From Saccostrea echinata (Eukaryota), in the NCBI RefSeq assembly GCF_033153115.1, contig NW_026889803.1, forward strand, positions 59,582,001-59,646,000: DNA of 64,000 nt. The letters are read 5' to 3'. Shown one piece after another: positions 43,601 to 57,060 of this stretch; positions within the stretch are counted from its first letter, which is position 1; each line of letters starts with the position of its first letter. Under the pieces are notes generated by a model. It saw only the letters and a list, made by a program, of their open reading frames with translations, searched no databases and was not told where the DNA came from. Both the position numbers and the translations under genes were made by a program.

Positions 43601-46600
43601 TAAGCGATTGCTTACTCAGTATTCATTTACTATTCACTATTCATGTGCTTACAAGAAACTATTGATGTTAATTTCAGTTCGGAACATATCGTGATTTTAT
43701 GACAAGTTTTGTTTACTTGAATCCCTCGGTGTTTATTTCTCGTTATAGTCTTAGACACGAAGGCAGGTGCCAAATTGCGCGCCATGAATTACAATACAGA
43801 AGTCGCGTGTCACTGCAAACACCAAAGGTGACGAGACTCTCCACGAGAAGTCCTTGTCCATGTGCGATTTGATTAGCTCTAATACACCTATTTTACTTGT
43901 TCACAGTTTTTATTTTCCTTTTTGAGTATGAAAATTACCGTTTTAGGGGTGTCCTACTCAGCGATTTAATGAACGGCTTGTGCCACACGTGGACTGTCAG
44001 ACACTCAATCGAACGAGGATAAAAATAACACCCATTTATATTCATTTTCATTTTTTTATAACAATACTTTGCTTTCACAATTTAGGAGAAAATGAATTCA
44101 TAAAGCACTTAGTAATTCAACAATATCAACTGAATTAAATGCGAGGAATTCAAACAAAAGAAGAATCGGTACGTTCACGCGGCCTGTTTTGAGCGGTTTT
44201 CTCTTTCGTTGAACTTTTTCCCTTAAAATATTATCAAAAGTTAAGATATGTTATTAAGTATGTCTTGCTTAATCTTTGTTTTTAAAGAAACATAAAAACA
44301 TATGCACTGTAAGAAAGAGCACAAAAAAAAATGAAAATTAAAAAAAAAAAAAAAAGAACACGATACCAATAACATAACCCATTGTATTCATGTATAAAAT
44401 TGTGATAGAACAACGGAATACGATTTAAGTAATGATTGGAAATAACAGCTTATTTTTCTTCTTTGTTTAATCTAAGTAAATCTACAATTACTTTTGAATT
44501 GATTAATGATTTTATTTGGGTTGGATAAATATCTTATGGAAGACAATTTTAACGTCAAGATGTCCATAAATGTATTTTATTATAACAAGAGATCTTTTCC
44601 TTGTTGACTTTATCAAATATTGCTCGAAAACACGACGTGGGCGCTTAGTAAGACATAGAGATAAAATCATTAAAATGACATAGTTATTTTATAAAACAAA
44701 TGGAATTTTGATAATATGATTATTTTACTTTACATAGATCCCCAGACGTGGACTGAAGGGGACGTGCATCAATGGCTTGAATGGGCCCGTAATGAATACA
44801 AACTAAGAGACCTAGACGTGATCCGCTACCAACAGATAGACGGGAGACACCTCTGTAACATGAGCAAGGACCAGTTCACCCACCTCTTCGGTCCCCTTAA
44901 CGCTGAAAGTCTTTACTCACATCTTAACTTTCTCAGACATGGTAATCCTTCAAATTTACACAATTTAATTTAATATCAATCACACGGAGCCAGAAATTAT
45001 TTTATTTTTCATCAACAAGCGCCTACTTTTAATTACCACATTTGCCAAGTGAAAACCAACACGTATGAAATCTATTTGAAATAAATACGAAAGGTTACAG
45101 AGTGCATATAAAACCAGAAAGATGGTTTGTATTATGATTTCTTGTTTCCAGGTCCAGCACAGGTGACGTCCCCTACTTGTCCTTCTGTGTCCTCCTATGT
45201 TCACGGGTCGGGAGGATCAATCAAGCAAAACGCAGGTCAGTGATTTATCAGAGATCACGCGTATTCTTTGACAGAAGTATACAAACTTAGTAGTTTAAAG
45301 AAGTGTTCTTTATATACTTGTCTATTTTTTGACCCTTGACTAATACCTCTTGTACCAGTGATCTGGTTTAGAGAGAATAAAGAATTGAATTGAAAGAATG
45401 AGTGTATATTTGTATGTGACAACGAATTGTTCTTTCATTTGTTTTTATCTATTGAAACCTGACAGAAGACGTGTTACAGATTTTTATTTAATACTGGATG
45501 GTTTTATATTTCCATGTATCACACTTTCATGGTTTTAATTTCAATGCTACAAGAAAAATGTTGTGAAAAAGAACCAGATTCAATGACAAAGAAAATGCTT
45601 CTGAGGGATGACAAAATTTAGACAGATTTTTTTTTTACAACTAGCCGCGGAATATGATTGAATATTTCAAATTTAGTTTTTTTTATTCTTCTTTCCTCCT
45701 CTAAATATTGAGGTCCGTGTAATTTGCCTGCTCCAAACTTGTATTTCATTGGACTTTCGAGATTGAATACTGTTCGTTATCTTCATATTTCATTCTTTCA
45801 AGAATTACAATTCTTGTATGTAATTGTATATAATTATTATAACATTTTAAAGAAGTTTTAGTGAGCGATAAAATGAATCAACACGCATTCTACCTAAACT
45901 ACAATGGCCACTTCAGTGGTGTTAACATGAAAGATCATACATCAAGGAGTATTTCTCAAGTCCTCAAGTGTTGGCTAAGCAAATAGAAAGAAACTCAGAT
46001 CAAAGAAAAAGTAGCAGGTTATGCTCTTTTGATTTACTGAGTAAATTTATTGTTGGAGTTTGGGGATGTTTGAGAGTTTGCATTTCGGCTGATCCTTAAC
46101 AATCGGATTATCACCTCTGCATCTGCGAGATCACCCGATAGGGTGCGCAATAGTGAACATTACTAAATCAATGTTAAACAACTGTATATAGGGCTAAGAA
46201 TAAAAGTTTGTACCTCTTTTCTCTCTTTATTTGTTGTCTTTTTCAGTTCGGTGAAGCTATGTTTGTTTATTTCTATCCAGACTTTATTGACTTTCCCAAA
46301 TTTCTTGGTTTGTTACCAAATTTGGCAGGTTGTTGCACTTAAGGATCAGCTAATGTTGTTAAATTTACTTTTATGAACTGGTTAATTTGTGTACAATGGG
46401 ATCCTAACACTACCGATAGGATTCAATCGTTCTCGTCTGCCGAGGGTCTTTGAAGTTTCCCGTTCCAACACAACACAGGAAGTAATCAGAACGACACTTT
46501 TTCTTCTGTCGGAATTTTTCTTCTATGGCAAACAACAAAAGTTTGCACTAGGAAACTATGAATAAAACTCCATTTTCGCATACCGGCATTCAAGATTTAA

Positions 46601-49600
46601 GATACAGAACACATTCTTAACTCTTTATTTGACTTCAGATTTTGGATAAAAAGAAAAGTTAACATTTGCAATCGTAAACAGCAGCGAAAAAAAGTTAGTG
46701 ACCGATTATTTTTTAAGGAAGGGCAAAAAAGTAATTAATAATTTTAAGCACATTTAACTTTTGCTTTAGATAATAGTTTCCATTTAATATTTGAAGGGGG
46801 ATTCTTTGTCTAAAATAACCAATCACCGACACAGTTGTGTAGAATTTCTTTCATCACATTCCTTTCAGTAAAATGTTTGTCTTTTTGATTGCAAATCTTT
46901 CCCCCCTTCATCCTTCGTAAAGAGATCACATCTAATTAACACAACTAATAGCTGATCTATGCAAGCGACACAGTCCCAAATTCGATCAACTTTTCAAATG
47001 GTTCTTTTTGTCAATTTTATTACATCTCTAATTTCAAAATATTAACTTTTTGCATACAGCAAAATCCATTTGATATTGGTATTTTAATTGTGGTCGCTGT
47101 GTTAAATACATTGATTGGCTGACAATAAATTCTCATTCTTTCTTTTGTTTTTGAGACAAACATATGGGAAATCGTTTTTCCCTTTATACCTCCACTCATT
47201 TTGTTCATTTGTAAAATGAGATAAAAGTGAATCTGTGATGGAAATATTCGGAAAATTGACACTGCTTTAAACAAATATTCTGAATCCGATTAACAGTGCA
47301 AAGCTTTTAATAACCAGCAAATCAAAATACATAATGAAGCAAGCTGGTATACTTTTGAAAAAAAAAATTCCGAGTTACCAAAAAGGGAAATTAATCAACT
47401 CATGAAAAAATAAATTTTCAAAAGTCTAGTTCTGAAATAGAACGATACAGAGAGTGGTATTAAAAAATTATTGTTTGGAATAAACGATATATAAGAATTC
47501 ATATTTCAGAAATAGACATTTGGAAGAAATAAGGCCAAAATTTGACGTCAATCTTAACATATGTTGATTTTATTTATTTAGATAAATTTATTTTTGAATT
47601 TTATTTGATTTTTTAAAATTAAAATCTATCTTTTGGATGTATATAAACATTCAGATAAACAATGCATTAATAAGTCAAAGATGAATTAAAATAATCGGAG
47701 GGGCCTCTCTCCGCACATCTCCGTCCTCTGATTGGCTAGGACTTGAAAACACTCAAATCCATAACAATTCCTCCACATTCAAATGGTTAGCACCTTTTCT
47801 AATAAAACGATATGACGCCCCTTCACTTATCGATTTGCTACTGCGCGAAAATAGGAATATGTCTTTACTAACTTTTCAATGTCAACAATTTAGCGGCAGA
47901 ACATGTAGTTATTTAGAATCAACTAATGAAAGGTGTCTGTGCTAATGTGTGAAAACTACCCCTTCTCGTGATGTTATAAAATGTCAGTGAAGACAGTGTA
48001 AAACTATAGTGATTAACTTTTTCTATTTTAAACAATTTCTAAGTGTTTGAAAAAGAGAAAAAAGTAACATTAAATATTGATGACTGGTCAGTTAAGATTT
48101 TCCACTTCCATGCTGGACGAGAGCTTTTATAAATTGTCTCTCCGTCATAAATTCAAATATATGGACTACATTCATCCGTGTGCTTTTGGCGGATTCTCGC
48201 CTTTCATGTTCCCAGGTAGGTATTGGCTTTTGAGAGGGTCCGGAGAGAAGACTTTCAAATAAACTTTTTGTATAATTCCACGACAGCTTAGTGTATTGTA
48301 TGACCACTAATTAATGCTTTTTGTGATGTTGTTCGTAAAAACATTCTAAGAAAAAAAAAATGAAATATAAAAAAAGTACACAGAGTGTGCTTTAAAAAGT
48401 TTTAATATTATTTTCAGATCCAGGATTCACAAAATCGGCTTGGTCTCCGCAGCCCAGCCAAAACTCACAGGGTATGTCTTCGTATTTTGTTGTCAAACAG
48501 TTTTAAAGACTGCCAGAATAAAAAGTTTGTATACAATCAGCCAGGGTATCCCAGGGACCAAATTCACATCCTCCTATTTTCGAAATAAAATATTTGTGAC
48601 ACTTTAATCAAGAGTTTTTCTGGGACTGCCCCCACCCCCACCTTTACTGCATTTCAAGTTGGCGCTTTCTATTTGAACGTCTGTTTTGAAAGTTTTTTTT
48701 CTGATTTACTGCATATGCTTAGTTGCATCTGTATTTAGAGTTATTTTGAAAGAGGGCATATGATAAACTTGACTAAATAAAAAAATATACTTAAATTTTT
48801 ATGTGTGAGATATCCTTTCAGTTTTATGTCATTTTCTAAAGGGTTTCCTGGTGTGAAAAATGTGCATTTAAGGCTCATTAGAAACTTACACTAAGCGGGA
48901 ATAAACGGAAATTGACCATATCATTAAGTCTTTTCTTAAAGGAGCGCTATGAATGAACCAGATATTGATTATTCCAGGGTTGAAACATGTTATAATAATT
49001 CAAAAATCCATCTGCAAATTTTGAATGAAAAGTTTAAGGCAGCGAAATGGGTTTATTGACAAACGTTTGTTTCCCTGAGACAGAAACCATCTACCCTTGA
49101 AATTTGAAAGTGTCCAATTGTTCGTTATACTATTATAATCTGAGGACGATGGTGAAGCGATATTCAGATGTCTTTGTGACACTGGTCATAACTCTGAAAT
49201 CTTTAGTAAAGTACCAGTTGTGTAGTTTTAATTCAGACTCATTCCCAAAAGGGAGGCCTGATTTTGTTAGAATACAATTATTTTCTCTTGCCTTAAGTCT
49301 CAGAAGAACATAGGTCTCTAAACTAATCGAGTTTCAGAGTAATGCAAACTACGAAAACGACCCTTTTATACTTGTCCAAGAACGGAAATCATTTTATCCC
49401 CTTGGGTGGCTAAACTTTTCACAAAGAATTGCAAAAGGCATGGAGCACGTGATTATATTAGCTTATGATTATTCTGATGTAAAAATATCTTTTTCCCCCC
49501 AGAAATAATAAGTCAGCAACATTCCCTCGGGGAAAAAAGAACGAGTTTTAAACTCATTTACCCTTGTCAACCTCTTTTTTCTCGTATAATTATTCAGTTT

Positions 49601-51422
49601 TTCTTAATTTGAAAACTAAGACCTTTAAATGTTATATTTTATTTACTTTGACAGACCCGTACACCTTACTGGGACCCTTGGTGGGGCGGTTATCCAGCAC
49701 AGGTAAGTTAGCATATACATGTAGTAAACCTTTGCCCGGTGAACTGTCTATGTGTTTTTCAACTTTTAAACCCTTGTGAGAAAGTTTTCACGGTTAATGA
49801 TTATTTACTAATCATCTTTGTCTTGACCTCAGATGTTAGACGTGTGTAGGCAGCTACGCCTCTTATTCAAATGGCACGAGGTCATGTAACACCTTATAAG
49901 GTCGTGTTAATACCGAGAAATATCAGTGTAATAAATTTATTAGTTCTTTACACTTCTAAATTCCATGATCCAAATATGGAATTTATTCGTTAATGTCAAC
50001 CTTTGTCTGATGTCTGTAATTTAGTGTGCCTGTCAAATGCTACATTATTAATATAACTTCTTTTCAAGAACCACAATACAAAATTTAGTCTTTTGAATAA
50101 AGGGGATTCATTGTTTTTGTGTGGAAGGTGGGGGGGGGGGGGGGAGGGGGCTGAGACAGAAAGGTTACTTGTTGCGATCTGAGTCTATTCATCAAAGACA
50201 GTTGTGTGACACACGTGTTATACATTTTTTTGGGTTCATTTTAGACCTCTTTTTCCAGTTACTGGTCCAGTTTTAATCAAACGTAAATTTAAGCAATCTT
50301 AGATAATGAAAGTTCTTTCAGGTTTTATTAGTTTTAAATGAAGTCACAAAGAGGGATTCAAGAAAAAAAATTAGTCAGGAAATTAGGATATATGGTTTAG
50401 AATCTCCTACCCCATTTGCTCAGAGGGTCTACAATGGAGGGCATTATTTATAGTTATGAAGAATCTCTCAAGAATTCTGGGGGATAAGCATCTAAATTCA
50501 CAAAGACTCTTAGCTTAAAGTTGGACAGAATCACAGTGACGAGCCGATACAAGATACAAACACACTAGTGCAGGGTCAGCTTATTGTAAGACATGTGGGC
50601 AATGTGGGCATCATCATGAAATATTACCATTGTATAATGATGTTACCTCTACCCAGTAAATTAAAAAAAAAACATGATTATTGATGAAGATAATAAAAGA
50701 ATTAGCGAAAATATACGTAGGGATGTTCCTTGTAAAAATCAGTTTCCCATCATTAATATCAGGGAAATTTAAATATACAATGGCAGTGTTTAAGAAATGA
50801 ATTCAAGTGTAATATCGTGATAACTGAATTGCCAATGATTTCATCGATATGGATGTATAATAAATTAAGGAATTTACAATAATTTGTTGCAGGAAGTGGG
50901 CAGATTCAGTTGTGGCAGTTTCTGTTAGAACTGTTGTCTGATAGAAGAAATGGTTCTTGTATTGCATGGGAAGGCAGCAATGGCGAATTCAAGTTAGTGG
51001 ACCCAGATGAAGTGGCGCGTCGGTGGGGAGAGCGAAAGTCGAAACCGAATATGAACTATGACAAACTAAGCAGGGCACTCAGGTATTACTACGACAAAAA
51101 TATAATGACGAAAGTGCACGGAAAACGATACGCTTACAAATTTGACTTCGTCGGCCTTACTCAAGCGATGCAACCTTCAACTCCAGAGACGAACGCTTAC
51201 CGATATCAACACGAGATGTTCAGCATGTCAGGATATCCCCCTCCCAGACTCAATTACTTATCTCCGCATGCACCCATTCCAACGACTACGGCAGGATTTC
51301 TGTCCCCTACAGCTACATATTGGTCAACGTCAACCAATAACATTTTCCCGAACACTTTGAACCACGTGATGCCAGGACATCCGGGCACTTTGCCTTCCCA
51401 CATGAGCACATTTTACTCATGA
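40676..51422 (+). CDS. ERG: ETS-family transcription factor, ERG/FLI1 subfamily (PNT + ETS domains), about 676 aa
   Basis: join(40676-40678,41004-42111,44738-44941,45152-45235,48418-48471,49655-49702,50893-51422), GT-AG with matching phases. KKVIVPAD|PQTW...WLEWA...IDGRHLC (PNT); [15 protein letters not shown]|[16 protein letters not shown]...[42 protein letters not shown] (ERG/FLI1-type ETS). The start exon is tentative, and an exon could lie in the assembly gap. Invertebrates typically have one ERG/FLI co-ortholog. Confidence 0.9.
41004..42111 (+). CDS. ERG: ERG-like large N-terminal exon (S/T/P/Q-rich, 369 codons, ends KKVIVPA)
   Basis: 1.1-kb open frame in AT-rich DNA; TTTTAAACAG acceptor, G|GTAAGA donor; VIVPAD is the conserved entry into the ERG/FLI1 PNT domain. 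Confidence 0.9.
42518..42656. other. Assembly gap (139 N) in the ERG-like intron
   Basis: Run of N. Confidence 1.
44738..44941 (+). CDS. ERG: ERG-like PNT/SAM domain exon
   Basis: [68 protein letters not shown]; phase 1 at both ends. Confidence 0.96.
45152..45235 (+). CDS. ERG: ERG-like linker exon ([28 protein letters not shown])
   Basis: TTTCCAG acceptor, G|GTCAGT donor, 84 nt, phase 1-1, open, higher GC than flanks. Confidence 0.8.
48418..48471 (+). CDS. ERG: ERG-like linker exon ([18 protein letters not shown])
   Basis: TTTTCAG acceptor, G|GTATGT donor, 54 nt, phase 1-1; KSAW resembles ERG RSAW. Confidence 0.82.
49655..49702 (+). CDS. ERG: ERG-like pre-ETS exon ([16 protein letters not shown])
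   Basis: TTGACAG acceptor, G|GTAAGT donor; matches ERG/FLI1 DPYQILGPTSSRLANP. Confidence 0.93.
50893..51422 (+). CDS. ERG: ERG-like last exon: ETS domain and C-terminal tail
   Basis: TTGCAG acceptor; [17 protein letters not shown]...KRYAYKFDF; ERG-like tail (YWS...HM.TFYS); TGA at 51420-51422. Confidence 0.97.
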
Positions 51423-53284
51423 TTACATCATTTTGCTTTCATCAATTTGTAATTATAGCGATGTAAACAAGGATTTATTTTGTCTATTTTTGTTGGTCAA
51501 AGATCATCAATGTTTTTTTCCTTATATTTGTTAACTAAGCTCATTTTTGTCACTTTATTGTCTTACACAAGAAAACTGTATTTCAGTTGCCTAAATTTTA
51601 CCAGACCGAGTGTTTGGCAATTAGTCACTTAATTGTTACCGGTACCCCCCTTTGATACATGAATACGTTAGTGTTCTCTGTATATAGGAAAACGGGAGTA
51701 GTTAACCGCACATTTAAATTAAATTAGTATTTGTATCCCCCCCCTCCCCAAAAAAAAATACATAACAGCTGGACCAAATATATATTGACGTGGTTACCTT
51801 TTCATTAGATTGTATTGCATTCTGGTGTAGTTGAGGTTTAAGTGACGCTACAGTAGGTATGTTTAGAATGACATGACATACATGTACGTCATTGACCAGT
51901 AAAAACAAACCTTTCCGAATCACTCCAACTCAGATAGGCATACTTTGTCCCTCATTACCCTGCAACCCCTGTAAACCATTCTTCCCGTCCCCTAGCGAAT
52001 CAACAACTACTACATTTGTTCCCCGCACCCTCTGATCTGAAACAATGCACACCCTTTCTCTCCACCCTCTGAAACAAGCCATTCTGCCCCACTTCTGTGA
52101 AAACAAAGCCTTTTGCCCTTGATGAAAAAATATCCTCTAACCAGTCCAAGAGAACAAACTTTTTTACATAGAGTGTGATCAACTTTAGTTTTAAAAAAAA
52201 AAATGATTTTTAAGTCTCATGACTAGTAACTCGCAAGGTTTGATCAAACAAGCGTCCCCACTTCCCTTAAAAATACTGTGTGTGAATAATTCTTAGTAAC
52301 AGATATATACAAGTATTGAGATTGTCACTTCCACGTTATGCTTGGTTTTTTTTTCTTTTCCTGTTACAGGTAGTGTTGTTCTTGCCGGAATTGTTAAGTA
52401 TGATTTTTGGCTGCATTGTTTTTTAAGATACGGAAAACAAGTCGAACCATTCTTGTATATTTCATATCATTGCACGTACTCTGTTGATCTGTAATTTCTC
52501 TTTTTTTGTTTGTCACACAGCATTATGTTTCAAATTACTAGGCCAGTGCTATTGTTAATTACAAGATGTAGCTTCAATGTATGTATTATTTTTTAAAAGT
52601 GGACATGTCTGTTAAAATGACATTTATGTTCATTCATTTTAATTGCTTTGCTATCTCAGGATATGGTAGCAGGCTTACGTAGAACCCTTTAAAAGGACAT
52701 AGAATACGCAGTAAGCACACAAATTAAGGAAAGCAGAAGGATATTCATGGTATAATGTATAATCACTAGTAATGTGTATACTTTTTCAGTCTCTTACACC
52801 GGAAGTGATCTCAGAGAGCCTGTATTGTTATTATGATAACGGCCATTTTGATGACAATTGTTGAAAATTTATGTATCATCATGTAACTCGTTGGAAATAA
52901 ATGTTGGATATGATTTTTGATGTCAGTATTATACTTTATTTGCCATGCTGTTGTGGGTGTGCATCAATCAATCAAATGGAAACGAAACTCTTTAGGTTCA
53001 TATGAATCCCAATGTATCCATGTTGACGATTTTTTGGTGGAAATCTAATACCAGTAGGTCCAGTGTTCAATTCCGGGCAAGGGACTGTTAAATCAGTTTT
53101 ACCTCACTGTCACATCTCCTCAAGCACACAAAATAAATAATATCAAAATCAAACGATCTTCTGAACTAAAAATTATAAAATTTCATATTCTGCTAGAATT
53201 GAAGACACCTAGTATAATAAACGCTTGGGAGCCAGCATCTTTAAGTTTCTGTCATCAAATTTCGATTTAACTGTGATAATGAGA

Positions 53285-53800
53285 AAGGGCGAAGATAACG
53301 AATAGTGATCGATCTCGGAAAAAAAAATCTATAAACAATACAATAATTATCTATAACCAATACAAATCTGTAAACAGCACATAAAACACGGACCCCTGGA
53401 AATTCCAGGATCATGTGCCTCGGAGGAGTAAACATCCCCTGTTTACCGGTCACACCCGCTGTGAGTCCTATGTATTGACAACAATCTTTTGTCGAATTCA
53501 GTATCAAAACAAAGGCTTAACAATTTGTATGAATCACGTCAGCCAAATTACGACCCAGTGATAGGTTGTATTTGCTAACAAGGCCATTATAACGACCATA
53601 GAATTTATCAAATGCTGACTTTAAACGAGGTCGTTGAAATCTCTGTAACATCAACATTTCTGTCAGTACCCTCCCTCGGTTCAAACATTGATCGTACTCG
53701 GAGCATGCTCTTGAGTATCGAATAAGTTGGGAGATGTAAACACCAGAAGCAGGTGATGGGGGATATTACTGCATAAATAAGAAAAGTTCATCGTCGCAAA
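53285..53800 (-). mobile_element. Penelope-like element 3' fragment
   Basis: Collinear with 55958-56470 (TTATAACGACCATAGAATTT, CATCCCCTG..GACCGGTCACACC). Confidence 0.8.
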
Positions 53801-55957
53801 GCACAACCAAAATGAACGATTCTCTCCCACACTAGAGAGAGAGAGAGAGAGCAATATGAACGTGACTAAAAATGTAACTACATGTAGTCTTTTGTTGTTG
53901 TTTTCAGCTGTTAAAAACCTCGCAGTCGGACACTTGTATACTTTTAATGCACATTGCAGGTGAAGGTTAAGTCTGAGATTAAAGCTTTAATAAAGTTAAA
54001 AAATTATAAAGTCATTGAATTTTCTTAAAACACCAAAATATATGAAACCCATAGGTAAATTGTCCTCAATAAGAAAATATTTCCATATTTCTGTATCATT
54101 TCAATTATTCTATTTAACATTTTTAAAATTCAATTTGAATTAAACATTTTCTCCCAAAAGATCTCATCCTTTCAAGCCTCAGTCATATAGCTCTCTCCAG
54201 AATGGGAGAGGATCCTACATTATGGTTGTGTTTTTCTATAATGAAGAGATCTTAACCCCATTTATTTGATAATGAAATAAAATTTTCATATTACGTGCTT
54301 GAAAAGACCTACACATTTTAAGCATTTGTTAAATAAAGCTCAAGATATTCAGAATTTTTACTTTGTTCTCAGTTTAAGATCCTGAGACCTTGAACCGTTT
54401 TCAAAATTTTTACCTCGATTTAAGAAATTAATCAAGCTCAAAAATGGTGGTGTGGTGCATCATATCTTATTCTCATCTTTCAATGTTAAAAATGATTGAT
54501 TCTTTATGTCAACTGGTTCTCAAGTGATGACCTTGCCAACTTTTGGATGAAGAAGAATGACCTTAATCTAAAAAATAGGTTATGGCCTAAACTTATGATT
54601 TGGGAACTTTCTATACATGGATCATACTTCAACAAACTTTTTCAATGTTGCCATAGAAACAAAAATTGAGGAATTTTATTCTTAATATGAAATTCTGAAA
54701 TTTTGCAAAATTTTAAAATACACTGAATAGTATTTGCTTATTCTGTTTTCCACACCATTATAATACAGTTTGGTTATAGTTTGGGTGACATGCTATTGCT
54801 GGAAATATCAGTTTCTATTTCCAAGTTTTAATTACGATCAGTGCCTTCAAATACTGATAGGTGGCTACAATCTGCAAGCTTCGGCAAATTCTGCAACCTC
54901 GGAAAAATACATACAAAAGATAAACAGTGAACTACTGGTTAAATCTTGTTTCATTTTTAAAACAATATCTTGAATCCCTTATGTATGCAGCAATACAATT
55001 AGTTCTGAGGTCTATATCGTACATTTCAATACAATACGAAAGCGTATGAGGGCCGCAGCAGTATTTCTTATTTAATTGTAATAACAAATTTTCAATTTGT
55101 TATGACAAATTTTCATTTTTTTTAATTTTTGGACAAAATTTGAAGGCATATACAGATGTTTTTAAATATTTTGTTCACGGTCAGGCGTCAATGTTGTAGA
55201 GAGAGTGTTTCAAAATAGTTGACAAATTTTTTAGCCGTATACAGATGTTTTTAACATATATATAGATTTTACTGTCAAATATCGATTTAATAAGGGTATA
55301 GTGTATCGTTGCCTTTTTTTTGGGGGGGGGGGGGGTTGAAGACGTGTACAGATGTTTTCAACATTTAGTTTCAGTGTCAAACGTCAATGTTATAGAGGTA
55401 GAATGTATCAGATTCCTTGGTTTTCTTGTTGTTATTCTCAAGAGCTCAAAGAGGACTTAAACTATGTGTTTTCTCCACCAGGATTTCGTCCTGACCCCCA
55501 CCGAGTAATAGCGCCCCCTAATGCAAAATCTTACATCCGAGTCTCGGGCGAACCCCTGGGCCTCCTTTTCCCGCTTTCTTTTTTTTTCTTTTTTTTGTAA
55601 GAATTCGAAAGCAGACAATAAAGGCAACTTTGACAGATAAATCATTACAGAAGAAAATTATAGGACACACCTCTGAAACTGAAAATTAACAAAATTCTTG
55701 AGTGGGAAGTACTCGGTGTTATTTGGAGTTGGTAATTGGAAAATCCCTCAAAGGATCCACAATAGCTTTGTTTAAACTATGAAATGTCTGGTTTTGTTTG
55801 TTAGTACGGGAATTAATGTTGCAACTTTTTTAGAAAAAAAATTATATAACCCTCAAACGCGGGTTATGCAATTTTTTCGGTAAAGCAGCAACCGTTAGTT
55901 CCCATACTAACAAACAAAGAAAGTCATTTTTTTTGTTTATATGTGTGTCTGTGTTAA

Positions 55958-57060
55958 GGTGAAAATAATGAACAGTGATCGATCTAAAAAAAAATCTACA
56001 AACAATACAAATATTTAAACAGGGTCTACAACATGGACCCCCTAAATTCCCCTTAAATTTCATAGGTGGGATCAGGTGCCCAGGAGGAATAAGTATCCCC
56101 TATCAAAATCTCACATCCGCCGTAAGCCCTATGTATTAATCAGGTGGACGGGGAACATTTCGTAGGCAGGATTAGTATAAAAACAAAGACCTAACAATTG
56201 ATACCAGTCAACCCCCCCCCCTCCAAACAATGACCGAATGATAGGTTATAATTGCTAAAAGGTCATAATAACGAGCTTAGAAATTTACGAAATTTTAACT
56301 TCAAACGAGGTAGTTGAAAGCCCTGTAGCATCAACTCATCTGTCAGTACCGGTTTCGGTTTAAAAATTGATCGAAATCAAAGCCTGCTCTTGAGTATTGA
56401 AGAAGTTAGGATACAGAAACACTATATGTGGTTTATAACGGAATATTACTACTCAAATAAGGAAAGTTGAAGTCATCTCCTTTGTATACAGTTTTATTAG
56501 TTGTTACTTGGCCCTTATCATTTATAATCAGTAAAACATCCTACGGTGTCTTGCGTTTAGAGTTCACTGGGATATATCGAGTCGACATATGAATGGAAAT
56601 AAATATTGATAATTAATTGCTAAAATGTCGTCGATATTATAATATCTAAATGTCGAGTTGAAGGCCACAGCAAGTGTTATCCGCGTATCATGTAGAAGTT
56701 TCTGAATAAATTCTGCTTCAAAGGAATATAAAAACAGGTCAGCTAAAAAAGGAGGACAATTAGTACCCATTGTAATTATTCCGACATTTTTTTTTGAAAG
56801 ATCTGGTCTTCGAAGACTATATATAGATGTTGTCAATGAGGAACTCCAACATTCTTTAGAGCACTTGTGTGTTGAACCAGAGTGAATTTTAACAAAATTA
56901 TTTTTTTTGATGACCAATCCAAGATATGACAATATCTGAGTTCCATTTTTACGAAAGAAGCAGTTGTCTATGATGTCAAAATGCCTTGTTTTTAGTTTAC
57001 CGTGAGGAACTGTTGCATAAGAAAATGTAGAAAAGTCAATGTGAATGACTTTCGAAATAT
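55958..57060 (-). mobile_element. Penelope-like retroelement, 5'-truncated and decayed, RT plus 3' region
   Basis: ORF 56564-57097 has DFST..TVPH.KLK, MGTNCPP.LADLFLYS.EAEFIQKL and TFRY..IDD (PLE RT motifs), followed by the 3' module GGGGAT.CTTA.TCCTCC.GGCACCTGATCCCACC. Confidence 0.85.
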
